From an uncultured Chloroflexia bacterium (GTDB lineage Bacteria; Chloroflexota; Limnocylindria; Limnocylindrales; CSP1-4): DNA of 64,000 nt. The stretch covers positions 14,301-78,300 of the forward strand of contig CAVOMZ010000009.1 of the NCBI GenBank assembly GCA_963697135.1. Reading direction: 5' to 3'. Numbering within the stretch: position 1 is the stretch's first letter; the number at the start of each line of letters is the position of its first letter. This document shows, in pieces, positions 48,811 through 63,850 of this stretch. The notes under the pieces are model-generated. The model saw only the letters and a list, made by a program, of their open reading frames with translations. It had not been told where the DNA came from and ran no database searches. Made by a program: the position numbers and the translations under genes.

Positions 48811-50590
48811 GTGCGACTCGTCGAGATCCGCCTGCTCGAGGGACCCAACGTCTACCGGCTCGAGCCGGTGGTCAAGGTCGAGGTCGCGATCGGCCGGCGG
48901 CGGACCTGGTACGGCCAGCGGAACCCGGCCGGCATGCCCTCGTCCGGCTCGGCGGCGTGGTCCCGGCCGGCGACTGGCCGGACGACGTCGCGGCCCTGGT
49001 CGCCTGGCTCCGGCGGCTGCGCGCGGATCACGGGGCGGAGCGGGCCGGCCTCGCGGTCCACCGCTCCTCGGACCCGGGCCACTGGATCGTCACGTTCCCG
49101 TGGACCGCCGCCGGCCGGGCCCGGGCGATCGCCGAGGCGGCCCTCGGCCTCGTCGAGCGCAACGTCTCGCCGGCCCGGACCGCCCGCCTGACCGGCGGCC
49201 CAGGCGCGCCTGCTCGCGCGCTGGTCGGCCCGGATCGATGGCGCCGACACGACGCCGCCGGCCTGGATCCGCGACGCCGAGCCGGACGATCCCGATCGTC
49301 TCGATCAGCGGCACGAACGGCAAGAGCACGACGACCCGGCTGATCAGCCACATCCTGATCAAGGCCGGCCGCCACACCGGCACGACCACCTCGGACGGGG
49401 TCCTGGTCGACGAGCGGATGGTCGATGCGGGCGACTGGACCGGGCCGGGCGGGGCCGCCGCGATCCTCGGCCGCTCGGACGTCTAGGTCGCCGTCCTCGA
49501 GACGGCCCGCGGCGGGATCGTCCTCAAGGGCGTCGGCTACGAGTCGAACGACGCGAGCGTGCTGACCAACGTCAGCTCGGACCACCTCGATCTCCAGGGG
49601 ATCCACACCCTGCCCGAGCTGGCCGAGGTCAAGGCCACGATCTGCCGGATCACCCGGCCCGACGGCTGGGTGATCCTCAACGGCGACGATCCGTTCGTCG
49701 CGGCGGTGGCGCGCCGGGTCCGGGCCCAGGTCGCCTTCTTCTCGATCGCTCGCCCGGCCGCCGTCGGTCGTCGCCCGGCATGTCGGCGCGCGGCCGGCGG
49801 GCCTACCTGCTCCGGCGACGGCCTCCTGGTCGAGGTCGAGGGCGGGGCGTCACGGCCGATCGCGGAGGCGACCGAGCTGCCGATCACGATCGGCGGGCTG
49901 GCCCGCCACAACGTCGCCAACGCCCTGGCCGCGGCCGGCGGAGCGCGCGCCCTCGGGGCGACGATCGAGCAGGTCCGGGCACGGGCTGATCGACTTCCGG
50001 CCGAGCACCGAACGCTCGCCCGGCCGGCTCAACATCTACCGGCTCGGCAGCCGGATCGTGATCGTCGACTTCGCCCACAACGAGGCCGGGATCGCGGCCA
50101 TCCTCGACGTGGCCGAGGGGATCGCCGGCGGGGCCGCCGGGCGGGCCGACGCCGATCACGGTGATCATCGGGACGGCCGGCGACCGGCCCGACGACACGC
50201 TCCGGGGGATCGGCCGGATCGCCGGCCGAGCGGGCCCAGCGGGTGGCGATCAAGGAGACCCTCGACTACCTCCGCGGCCGGACGCGCGAGTCGATCGTCG
50301 GCGAGCTGCTGGCCGGCGTCCGCTCGGCCGGGACGCCGGCCGGCCAGGCCCCGGTGCCCGTCTACGAGTCCGAGACGGCGGCGCTGCGGGCCGAGCTCAA
50401 CGGGGCCGCCGCGGCGGAGGCGGCCCGGACCGGCGCCCGGCCCGACGCCGCCCGGGTCGTCGTCCTGATGTGCCACGAGGAGCGCGAGGCGGTCTTCGCC
50501 CTGCTGGCCGACCTCGGGGCCCGGCCGGTCGACCTCGAAGCCGAGCTCACCGCGCTGATCCCCCGCCTCCAGGAGCGCCCGCGCCGCTGA
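48811..50590 (+). CDS. cyanophycin-synthetase-like protein with N-domain plus Mur-ligase (M) domain but no ATP-grasp domain; about 5 frame changes and one in-frame TAG
   Basis: MRLVEIRLLEGPNVYRLEPVVKVEVAIG parallels the CphA N-terminus (ETRILRGPNYWAREPVVRMLVDLG). About 160 codons later comes IPIVSISGTNGKSTTTRLI...VAVLETARGGIVLKG...LTNVSSDHLDLQG...IVDFAHNEAG...IGTAGDRPD. The total of about 593 codons leaves no room for a G domain. Confidence 0.75.
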
Positions 50591-50850
50591 GGATCTGAGC
50601 GGCCCGCCGACCGAGACTCCCGTGTCCAATTCACCGGGTCGGCCCGGGCGAACAAATGGCCGCTAACGGTGCTCCACTACGGCGGAGTCGACCGTCGTTT
50701 GGTCGACACGTCTTCCGCCGGCGAACAATCGGCCCAATTCTTGACCGACTGGGCGAACTCACGGTGCCCATTCCCTCGATCTGTTCGCCCCAGCCGACGC
50801 CGGGTCGTTCGGGCTTGTCGTCGCCCCGACCATCGGGCACGACCACGAGG

Positions 50851-53719
50851 CTAGCCCTCGGGCACCTCGAGCTCGCCCGGATCCGCGAACGCCATCGCGT
50901 CGCCCCGACCACCGGCCGCGGCCATCGCCTCGCGGTAGACCCCGACCGCGTCGTCCACGCACATCACGACCAGGTCGCCCGGGACGGCCGCGGCGGAGGG
51001 CCTGGCGGACGGCGGTCATCTCGTCGAGGACCTCGTCGACCTTGGCCGCCCGCCCGGCGCCGTCGGCCCGGGCGGCCTTGGCCCCCTCGGCCACGTGGCC
51101 GGCCGTCTCGCCCGGCTTCCGGCCGCGCAGGTTCTTGTCCTCGCGGATGATGATCTCGTCGAAGGCCGTCGCGGCGATCGCGCCGTAGTCGCGCTGGTCC
51201 TCGTCGCGCCGGTCGCCGGGGATCCCGATCACCCCGATCGCCCGCCCGTGGCGGACGTGGCGGCCTCGGCCGACCGCCGCCCGGGCCGGCTTGCCGGACG
51301 GCCCGCGTTCCGGTTCGGCTCGGTCATCATCCGCTGGACGAAGTCGGTCAGCTGGCGCATCCCGTCGACGTTGTGGCAGTAGTCGATCACGACCCGGACG
51401 CCGCCCAGCTCGAGCAGGTTGAGCCGGCCGGGCGCCTGGAAGAACGAGGTCGAGAAGGTCCGCAGGCCCTGCCGGATGTCGTGCAGGTGGGCCCCGGCCG
51501 CCCAGGCCGCGGCCGCCGCGGCGAGCGCGTTGGCCACGTTCATCCGGGCCTTGCCGCCGAACGTGGCCGGGATCAGGTGGGTGTACAGGATCGGCATCGT
51601 CCGGCCGGCCAGGCGCAGGACGAGGAGCTCGCCCTCGGGCGTCTCGTCGATGCAGAACGCCGCGCCGCCCCGGCCGACATGGCCGTCGACCCGGTCGTAG
51701 CCCTCCTCGCCCTTCGTCGTCTGCATCGAGAAGTAGACGACCCGGCCGGCCGAATGGCGGCCCATCCGGGCGACGAGCGGGTCGTCGGCGTTGAGGACGA
51801 CCGTGCCCGAGCGGGGCACCGCGTCGACGACGACGGCCTTGACGTTGGCCAGCTGGCCGAGCGAGGTGATCCCGCCGAGGCCCATGTGGTCGCCGGTCAC
51901 GTTGGTCACGACGGCCACGTCGTTGCGGTCGTAGCCCAGGCCCTCGCGCAGGATCCCGCCCCGGGCGACCTCGAAGACGGCCGTGTCGACGGTCGGGTTC
52001 TGGAGGACCATCTGGGCCGACTTCGGCCCGGACATGTCGCCCTTCTTGATCATCCGGCCGTCGATCACGATCCCGTCGGTCGAGGTCATCCCGACCCGCC
52101 GGCCCATCAGCTTGAGGATGTGGGCGATCATCCGGACGGTCGTCGTCTTGCCGTTCGTGCCGGTCACGGCCAGGATCGGGATCCGCGACGGCGTGCCCGC
52201 CGGGAAGAGCCCGTCGATGACCGGCCGGGCGACGTACTGCGGCTCGCCCTCGGTCGGGTGGGTATGCATCCGGAAGCCCGGCGCGGCATTGACCTCGACG
52301 ATCGCCCCGCCGGTCTCGCGGACCGGGGTGGCGATGTCGGGGCAGATGAAGTCGATCCCGGCCACGTCGAGGCCGATGATCCGGGCGGCCGTCTCGGCGA
52401 TCTCGACGTTGTCGGGATGGGCCTCGATCGTCCGGTCGATCGAGGTCCCGCCGGTCGACATGTTGCCGGTCAGGGCGAGCTTGACCCGCTGCCCGGCCGG
52501 CGGGACCGACGTCGAGCTCGAAGCCCTGGGCCCGGACCAGCTCGATCGCGTCGTCGTCGACCGTGATCCGGGTGAGGACCTTCTCGTGGCCGATCCCCCG
52601 CCGCGGATCGGCATTGGCCGCTTCGACCAGCTGGCGATCGTGCGCGCGCCGTCGCCCACGACCGAGGCCGGGACCCGCTCGGCGATCGCCGCGACCTTGC
52701 CCCCGATCACGAGGCAGCGGTAGTCGTTGCCCGGCGACGTACGTCTCGACGACGAGGTCGCCCGAGCGGCTCTCGCGGCGGGCGCCATGGAAGGCGGCCC
52801 GGACCGCTTCCTCGGAGCGGAGGTCGAGGTGGACGCCCCGGCCGTGGTTGCCGTCGAGCGGCTTGACCACGCACGGAAAGCCGAGCCGCTTGGCGGCGGC
52901 CACGGTCGCCTCCTCGGTCGTCGACCAGCTCGGAGCGGGGCACCGGCAGGCCGGCCGAATCGAGGAGCTTGTTGGTCAGGCTCTTGTCCGACGCGATGTC
53001 GACCGCGATCGCCGACGTCCGCGAGGTCATCGTCGCCCGGATCCGCTGCTGGTGGACGCCCTGGCCGAGCTGGACGAGCGAGTGCCGGTCGAGCCGGATG
53101 TACGGGATGTCCCGGCTGACGGCCTCGTCGATCAGGGCCTGGGTCGAAGGCCCGAAGGCGGCTCGCTCGGCGAGCCGGATCAGGCCCTCGAGCTCGGCCA
53201 TCAGGTCGATGCCGGGGCTCGCGGGCGGGGTCGACGAGGTGGTTCACGAGGGCCACCGCGATCCGGCCGGCCTCGATCCCGACAGACTCCTCGCGGTATT
53301 CGTAGATCACGTTGTAGCGGCCGTAGGCGCCGGCCGAGCGGGTCTTGCCGTGGCGGACGTCGGTTCCGGCCAGGTTCTGGAGCTCGAGCGCGATGTGCTC
53401 GGCGACGTGGCCGACCCAGGTGCCCTCGCGCAGGCGGGTGATGAAGCCGCCCCGCCGGCCGAGCGAGCAGGCGTGGTCCTCAAGGGTCGGCAGGAGCCCG
53501 ACGAGGGCGTCGACGAAGCCGGGGATCAGTGTTGCTCGGGAACTCCTCGAGGCTGCCCAGGTCGACGAGCATTCGCACGACCGGCTCGCGGGCCCAGTAG
53601 TTCGGGCCGCGCAGGATCCGGGTCTCGACGATCGTCAGGGTCGGCTCCGGGCGGGCCGGCGCGACCCGGGCGCGACCCGCTGACGACTTGGCTTTGGGCG
53701 ACGGTACGGGCTCGGCCAC
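50851..53719 (-). CDS. cphA: cyanophycin synthetase (N plus ATP-grasp plus Mur-ligase domains); about 6 frame changes
   Basis: Pieces are TIVETRILRGPNYWAREPVV (ORF 53480..53719), FPCVVKPLDGNHGRGV (ORF 50759..52903) and TGNMSTGG...VEVNAAPGF...ILAVTGTNGKTTT...VARGGILREG...TGDHMG (ORF 51229..53310). The hand-read tail ...ELEVPEG runs to TAG (rc of 50851-50853). Confidence 0.9.
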
Positions 53720-53786
53720 GCGATTCCTCCGGCGGTTCGGGTCGGCGGCGCCGGTCAGGTCGACGCCCTGGTCCTGGTCGGGTTGC

Positions 53787-54624
53787 TCAGCTCGAGGCGG
53801 CCTCGCCGCCGGCGAGCGCCCGGAGCTGCGGCGTGGCGATCCGGCGCCGCTGGCGCAGGTCGAAGTGGTAGCCGGCCGGCAGGGAATGGAGGACGACGCC
53901 GCTGATCATCAGCGGCCGGTGCCCGCCGATCTCCCAGGCGTCCGTCTCCGAGGAGGCTCCGTCGATGATCGTGATGCTGCCCCGGCCGATCACCTCCATC
54001 ACGTGGTCGGGGCCCACGATCCCGGCGGTGTCCTCATCGACCCCCAGGCCGAGCAGGCTGGGGTTCTGGGCGATCAGGCTGAGCAGCCGGCCGAGCCGGT
54101 TGCGCTGCTGGAAGTGCTGGTCGATGATCACCCCGGGCAGGACCCCGAGGCCGGCCGCGATCTGGGCCATCCGGAGCTTGGGCGTCGCTCCTGACGCCCC
54201 GAAGGCGATCATGTGGCTGCTCATCGCCGAGGCGCCGGCGGAGGTCCCGGCGATCACGGCGCCGGCCTGGAAGCGCTCCATGATCTCGTCGGCCAGGCGG
54301 GTCCCGCCGAGGGTCGAGCTGAGCCGGAGCTGGTTGCCGCCCGGTCAGGAAGATCCCGCTGGCGCCGCGCAGGGCGCGGACCGCGGCCTCTTCGTTGGCC
54401 TGCTGGCGGGTCACGGCATGGATCGGCCGAACCGTCGCGACGCCCAGCTCGCCGAACACCGCCCGATAGCGCTCGCCGGCCTCGAGACCGAGCGACGAAG
54501 CCGTGCTGATCACCGCGACCACGGCCTGCGGTCCGCCGGCCAGCGTGACGAAGCGGTTAAGGATGACCCGATCCCGGACCTTGTCCTCGGCCCCGCCGAT
54601 CACGATGACGCTGCCCTGGGCCAC
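53787..54624 (-). CDS. cphB: cyanophycinase (S51 peptidase); 1 frame change
   Basis: MAQGSVIVIGGAEDK...IFLTGG is in ORF 54034..54624. AGAVIAGTSAGASAM...IDQHFQQRNRLGRL is in ORF 53787..54281. Confidence 0.9.
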
Positions 54625-54745
54625 GACTCATCCGCCTCCCTGAACGATCCCGTGAGGATACAGGAGCGGATCGGCGCGAGCGTGCTCGACCCGGGCTCGG
54701 GGCGCCCAGGGCCGGGCCGGTGACAGGTCGTGCGAGAATTCGCGG

Positions 54746-55700
54746 ATGAGCGTCGCCCGGCCCAGTCGCGCCCACGTGCTCAGCCGGACGGACCGGCGCC
54801 TGGCGGCATTCGGCCAGGCCCTCGCCCGAGAGGCCGGCCGGCTGCATGATCGGCGGCGGATCGCCGCGATCCTGATCCTGGCCCTCGTCTTCGGACTGAT
54901 CGGGGCCGGCCTGCTCGCCCGGGGCGAGGAAGGCGGCGCCGACGCCCGGGCCTACTGGGCGGCCGTCCGGATCTGGCTGAACGGCGGCGACCCGTACCAT
55001 CCGAGCGGGCCGTTCCTGCCCTACGTCTACGCCCCCTGGATGCTGCCCCTCTTCGCCCCCTGGGCGCTCCTGCCCTGGGACGTGGCCTGGTTCGTCTGGC
55101 GGGGCGGCGTGATCATCGCCTGGCTGGCCACGATTCACTGGGCCTATCGGACCCGGCCGCTGGCGATCGCGATCGCCGTCCTTGTCCTGGCCTTCCCGAT
55201 CGGGGCCAATCTCGACACGGGCAACGTCACGATGATCCTGGCCCTCGGCCTGTGGGCGGCCCAGTTCATGGGGCCCCGAAGCGCCGGCCTGATCTGGGCC
55301 CTCGCCACCTGGATGAAGTGGTTCCCCGCCCCGCTCTGGCTTCTGCTCGCCCCGCGGGCCCGGACCTGGGGCCTGCTCTGGCTGGCGATCGCAGCCCTGC
55401 TGAGCCTCGTCTTCCTGCCCTTGACGATCATCCAGCTGCAGGCCTTGTTCGGCTTCGGGCCACGGCCGATCCGGCTCGACTATCTCGTCCTGCTGTGGGC
55501 CCTGATCCCCTGGCTCTGGCGGCGGCCGGCGGCCATCGCCCTGTTCGATCCGCGGACGTGGCCGGCTGCCCTGGCGTCGGGCTGGGCGGCCTTCGGCGCG
55601 GCTCGCCGGCGCTGGTCGGGCGATCCGCGCCGCCGCCCGGCACGAGTTCAGGCTCGGGATCCGCTCGTTCCTGGGCCTCGCGAACCCGGCCGAGCAGTCG
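54746..55700 (+). CDS. GT87/DUF2029-like polytopic membrane glycosyltransferase (3' end approximate)
   Basis: ORF 54746..56404 has DARAYWAAVRIWLNGGDPYHP...LPYVYAPW followed by about 8 hydrophobic helices. The ORF tail beyond about 55650 is antisense to the next gene and not credible. Confidence 0.65.
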
Positions 55701-55702
55701 GC

Positions 55703-56391
55703 TCAGGCAAGGACGGCCGTCTCGGCCAGCTCGACCCGGTGGCGGTCACGGGCGGCCGGAGCGACATACCGGAAGAGCGATCGATCGAGCGAATAGATCC
55801 CGGTCGAAGCGACCCGGATCGGGCCGAGGCGGAAGGTGAAGACGGGGTTCTCGGCATTGCCGGCGTAGTGATAGGCGGATCCGTCGCCGGCCAGCACGGC
55901 CAGGTTGGCCGGCCCGCTGAACGTCTGGTGGAGATCGGCCAGGAGCTCCGGGGCGGCAACGTCCGGCTGCCAGGCATCCTCCAGCCAGCGGGCCCCGACC
56001 TCGGTGTCGGCCTGGCCGTGGATCCGGCCCTTCGCCCGGAAGGCCGCCCGATAGGCGCGGTAGTCGCGCAGGTCGCCGTTGTGGCTGAAGGCGAAACGGC
56101 CCGCCGGGTCCTCGAACGGCTGGGTGTCGGCCAGGGTCAGGGTCGACAGCCGGGACGGCCGGCGGAGATGGATCAGGACGCTGGCAGTCTCGACCCGGCC
56201 GAGCTCCTCGCGACGTGGATCGTCCCGGAAGGCATGCACGTCGCGGTAGGTCGCGAGCCGGCCCGAGCCGTCGATCCAGGCCGCACCCCAGCCGAATCCA
56301 GCGATCCCGTAGCGCTCGAGGTTCCCGGCCAGCGGGAACAGGTCGGCGATGGTGAACGGCCGATCGGCCCGGGCGACGAGTTGCTCACACA

Positions 56392-56392
<1 letters not shown>
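55703..56392 (-). CDS. class II (Ntn) glutamine amidotransferase-like protein
   Basis: ORF 55703..56392 is uninterrupted. It contains MCEQLVAR (Cys2 nucleophile), GFGWGAAW and FSHNGDL. Confidence 0.8.
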
Positions 56393-61071
<4,679 letters not shown>

Positions 61072-61161
61072 GGGACGAACGAGTATAGGACGCTCCGTCG
61101 GGATCGAACAGATGGTCTATTTCGGACGGCGCGATCCAGGCCGCTCGCCCGGGGCGAGGAG

Positions 61162-61167
61162 TAGGAT
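61162..61167 (+). promoter_or_regulatory. -10 box TAGGAT 7 nt before ATG 61175 (leaderless)
   Basis: The sequence is gagTAGGATgccgcccATG. Confidence 0.35.
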
Positions 61168-61174
61168 GCCGCCC

Positions 61175-61628
61175 ATGCCAAGCGAAGCGCTTCTCCTCGC
61201 GATCGCCCAGCTCGGGGCGGTGATCGCCGGCTTCACGGCTGTGACCGCCGTCCTGCAGCCACCGGGCGGCTCGTGGAGCCCGGCCCTGCGCATCCGCCAC
61301 CGGTCGATCGTCTCGACCAGCTTCAACGTGATGTTCGAGGCCCTCGTTCCCCTGATTGTCTTCGCCTGGCTCGCCGACGTGCGGTCGTCACTCGTCGTCT
61401 CGAGCGCCGGCGTGGCCATCTACGTCGGGCGGGGTCGTCGCGCTCCGCCTGCGCCAGTTCGTGCGCACCGGCGCGATTCGCATCCGGAGCGGGCAGGTCC
61501 TCCTGCTCATTGCGGCGGCGGCCTTCCTGCTGTTCGCGGCGAACATCCTGCTCGCCTCGGTGGCCGTCTATTCGCTCGCCCTGTGCGTCCAGCTGGCGGT
61601 CGCCGTGGTCAGCTTCTACACCTCCTGA
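61175..61628 (+). CDS. small membrane protein, unknown function; 1 frame change
   Basis: MPSEALLLAIAQLGAVIAGFTAVTAVL...FEALVPLIVFAWL is in ORF 60758..61645. VLLLIAAAAFLLFAANILLASVAVYSLALCVQLAVAVV is in ORF 61356..61628. Confidence 0.5.
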
Positions 61629-61665
61629 CCGCCGCCCTGGGTTGATCAGGCTCGCCGGAACCGGG

Positions 61666-62052
61666 CTAGAACGAGGCGTCCGGACCCGGTGGGTCGTCGA
61701 ACGAAACGACCGAGTCGCCGAAGATTCCGAGGAGCCCGCTGCGGATCGCTACCTGGGCGATCTTGTCCGTGCCGACGAAGGCAACGTAGGCAATCGGTGG
61801 GTCGTCTGTCGGCGGACACGGCGGGAAGGTCACGCCGTCCTCCGGTACCGGGCAGTCGTAGGGAAGGCTCGCAATGATTGTGATGCCCTTGACCGGGTAG
61901 CCGATGCCGGCCACCGCCGACAGGATGTCGGCCTCAGACACTGAGCAGTAGACCGGTGCACAGTCGAAGGTGATGCTCGCGTCCGGAGACGGCGGCTGCT
62001 GCGTCGCGCAACCGGCAAGCAGGAGGCAAAGCAACCCGGTGACTGCCTTCAT
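61666..62052 (-). CDS. putative lipoprotein
   Basis: MKAVTGLLCLLLAGC (a lipobox LAGC) lies within ORF 61666..62100. The gene is uninterrupted and somewhat lower in GC. Confidence 0.65.
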   Translation of the reverse strand: MKAVTGLLCLLLAGCATQQPPSPDASITFDCAPVYCSVSEADILSAVAGIGYPVKGITIIASLPYDCPVPEDGVTFPPCPPTDDPPIAYVAFVGTDKIAQVAIRSGLLGIFGDSVVSFDDPPGPDASF

Positions 62053-62177
62053 CGCTGGCGAGAGCCTGGCAGCTGCCAGTGGAGTCGCGCAAGAGGCCAA
62101 CGGTCATCCCCGATGACGGTCTGAGGGCCTAGCCGGGCGATGACCGACCCGAGGGGACTGGAGACCATGGCTCGACG

Positions 62178-62690
62178 CTACCTCGCTCGAGGCACCCGAA
62201 AGCGGCCGAGCAGGCGCTGGCCGATCGCCACGCGGTCGGCAAGGGGCAACGGTTCGACGACGTCGCGTTCGGCCACGCCGACGTGCGCCTCGACGGGTCG
62301 GCCGGAGCCGGTCAGCGCGGCAAGGAGCGCCGTGGCGATCCCTTGCCGGCGATAGTCCGGCGCCACGCCCAGGGCGAGCAGCTCGTCCGGCTGGTCGCGC
62401 CGCCGGCCGGCATCGGCCAGGCGACGCCCACGAGCTGGTCGCCGGCAACGGCTCCCGAGACCCGGGCGCCATCACGAATGGCCGCGAGCAGGAGCTGCCG
62501 GGCGGCATCGGGATCGGCCGGCGGCAGGGTCCGCGGCGCGAGGACGAGCCGATCGACGAGGCCCGCGTCCAGCTCCGGGATGATCGTCGGGGCTGCCTCG
62601 GCGACGCCGCTCGGCCGGCGGCCCGGGGCCGGTACGGCCGCCAGGGGATCCCACCAGCCCCGATCCTCGGCGACGACGAGCAGCCGCGGC
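62178..62690 (-). CDS. GNAT-family N-acetyltransferase; frame changes; boundaries approximate
   Basis: LGVAPDYRRQGIATALLAAL (ORF 62178..62366) is the acetyl-CoA-binding motif A. The upstream part, GAVAGDQLVGVA, is in another frame. Confidence 0.6.
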
Positions 62691-62699
62691 AGGACAAGG

Positions 62700-63850
62700 C
62701 TCCCGGACCTGGGCGATCGTCTGCCAGCGAGCGCGTCTCGGCCAGGCCCTGGAGCTCGAGTGAAGGGCAGCCCGGCGTTCGGCAGCGTCGTCGAACGCTC
62801 GAAGGCGGCGGATCCTGGTCGATAGGCAGCGGCCTCGGCCGACCAGCGATCGCGCCAGCGCCGGATCGATCGCCTCGGGCGCCTCGCGATGGGCGCCGGC
62901 GAGCCAGGTCAGGGCCCAGGTCCGGGGCACGACCCGGTAGACGTCGTAGCCGCCGCCGCCGGTCGCGAGCCAGCGGCCGCCGGCATGGCGATGGGCGACC
63001 GCGTCGACGAGCCGGGCCGCCTCGCCCATCGCCGTCGTCGTCACCCGGAGGTGGGCGAGCGGATCCCAGGCGTGGCTGTCGGCCCCGTGCTGGCTGACGA
63101 TCAGGTCCGGCCCGAAGGCCGCCGCGAGGGCGGGCACGAGCGCCCGGACGCCGGCCAGCCAGGGGCCCTCGCCCGTCGCGGCCTCGAGCGGCAGGTTGAC
63201 CGACGTCCCGGCCGCGGCGCCCTCGCCCAGCTCCTCGGCGAAGCCCGTGCCCGGGAACAGCGTCCGGCCGCTCTCGTGGATCGAGAACGTGAGCACTCCT
63301 GGATCGTCGTAGTGGATCGCCTGAACGCCGTCGCCATGATGGACATCGAGGTCGACGTACAGGACCCGCAGGCCGGCCCGGCGGCGCGGCCGCGATCGCC
63401 AGGGCCGGGTCGTTGTAGATGCAGAAGCCGGAGGCGCGCTCGGCCAGCGCGTGGTGCAGGCCGCCGCCCGGGTGGAAGGCATGCTCGACGTCGCCCCGCA
63501 GGATCGCCTCGATCGCCCGCAGCGAACCGCCGGCCACCATCGCCGCCGCCTCGTGCATGCCGGCAAAGGGCGGATCGTCGCCGAAGGCCGCGAAGCCGGC
63601 CGACAGCCCGGCCGGCCGAATCGATCGTTGGATCGGCCGACAGCCGCTTGACCGAGGCCAGGTAGGCCGCCGCGTGGACCTCCCGCAGGTCGGCGTCCGT
63701 GGCCGGCTCGGGCGCGAGGCCGGGGACGGCGCCGACCGTTCGGAGCAGGTCGATCCCAGGTCCGAACCGGCGCGGGGTCAGCGGATGGCCGGGTCCGAAG
63801 TCGTACGTCGCGGAGCGAGGCCCGAAGACCAGCAGCGGTCCGGCGCTCAC
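62700..63850 (-). CDS. acuC: histone-deacetylase-family protein (AcuC-like); about 3 frame changes; 3' end approximate
   Basis: The N-terminus is in ORF 63101..63850 (GPGHPLTPRR). HPGGGLHHALAERASGFCIYND is in ORF 62104..63558. YVDLDVHHGDGVQ...SIHE...GGGGY is in ORF 62472..63566. Confidence 0.8.

Noticed and set aside
42288-49486. The idea that the two in-frame TAG codons (degV and the cphA-like gene) indicate TAG reassignment or pyrrolysine/suppressor decoding.
   Set aside because: TAG clearly terminates several well-defined genes in the same window (aroC 3772, chorismate mutase 6294, panB 37254, cphA 50851, ndk 30534). No pyl genes or suppressor tRNA are visible. The sequence shows abundant other errors.
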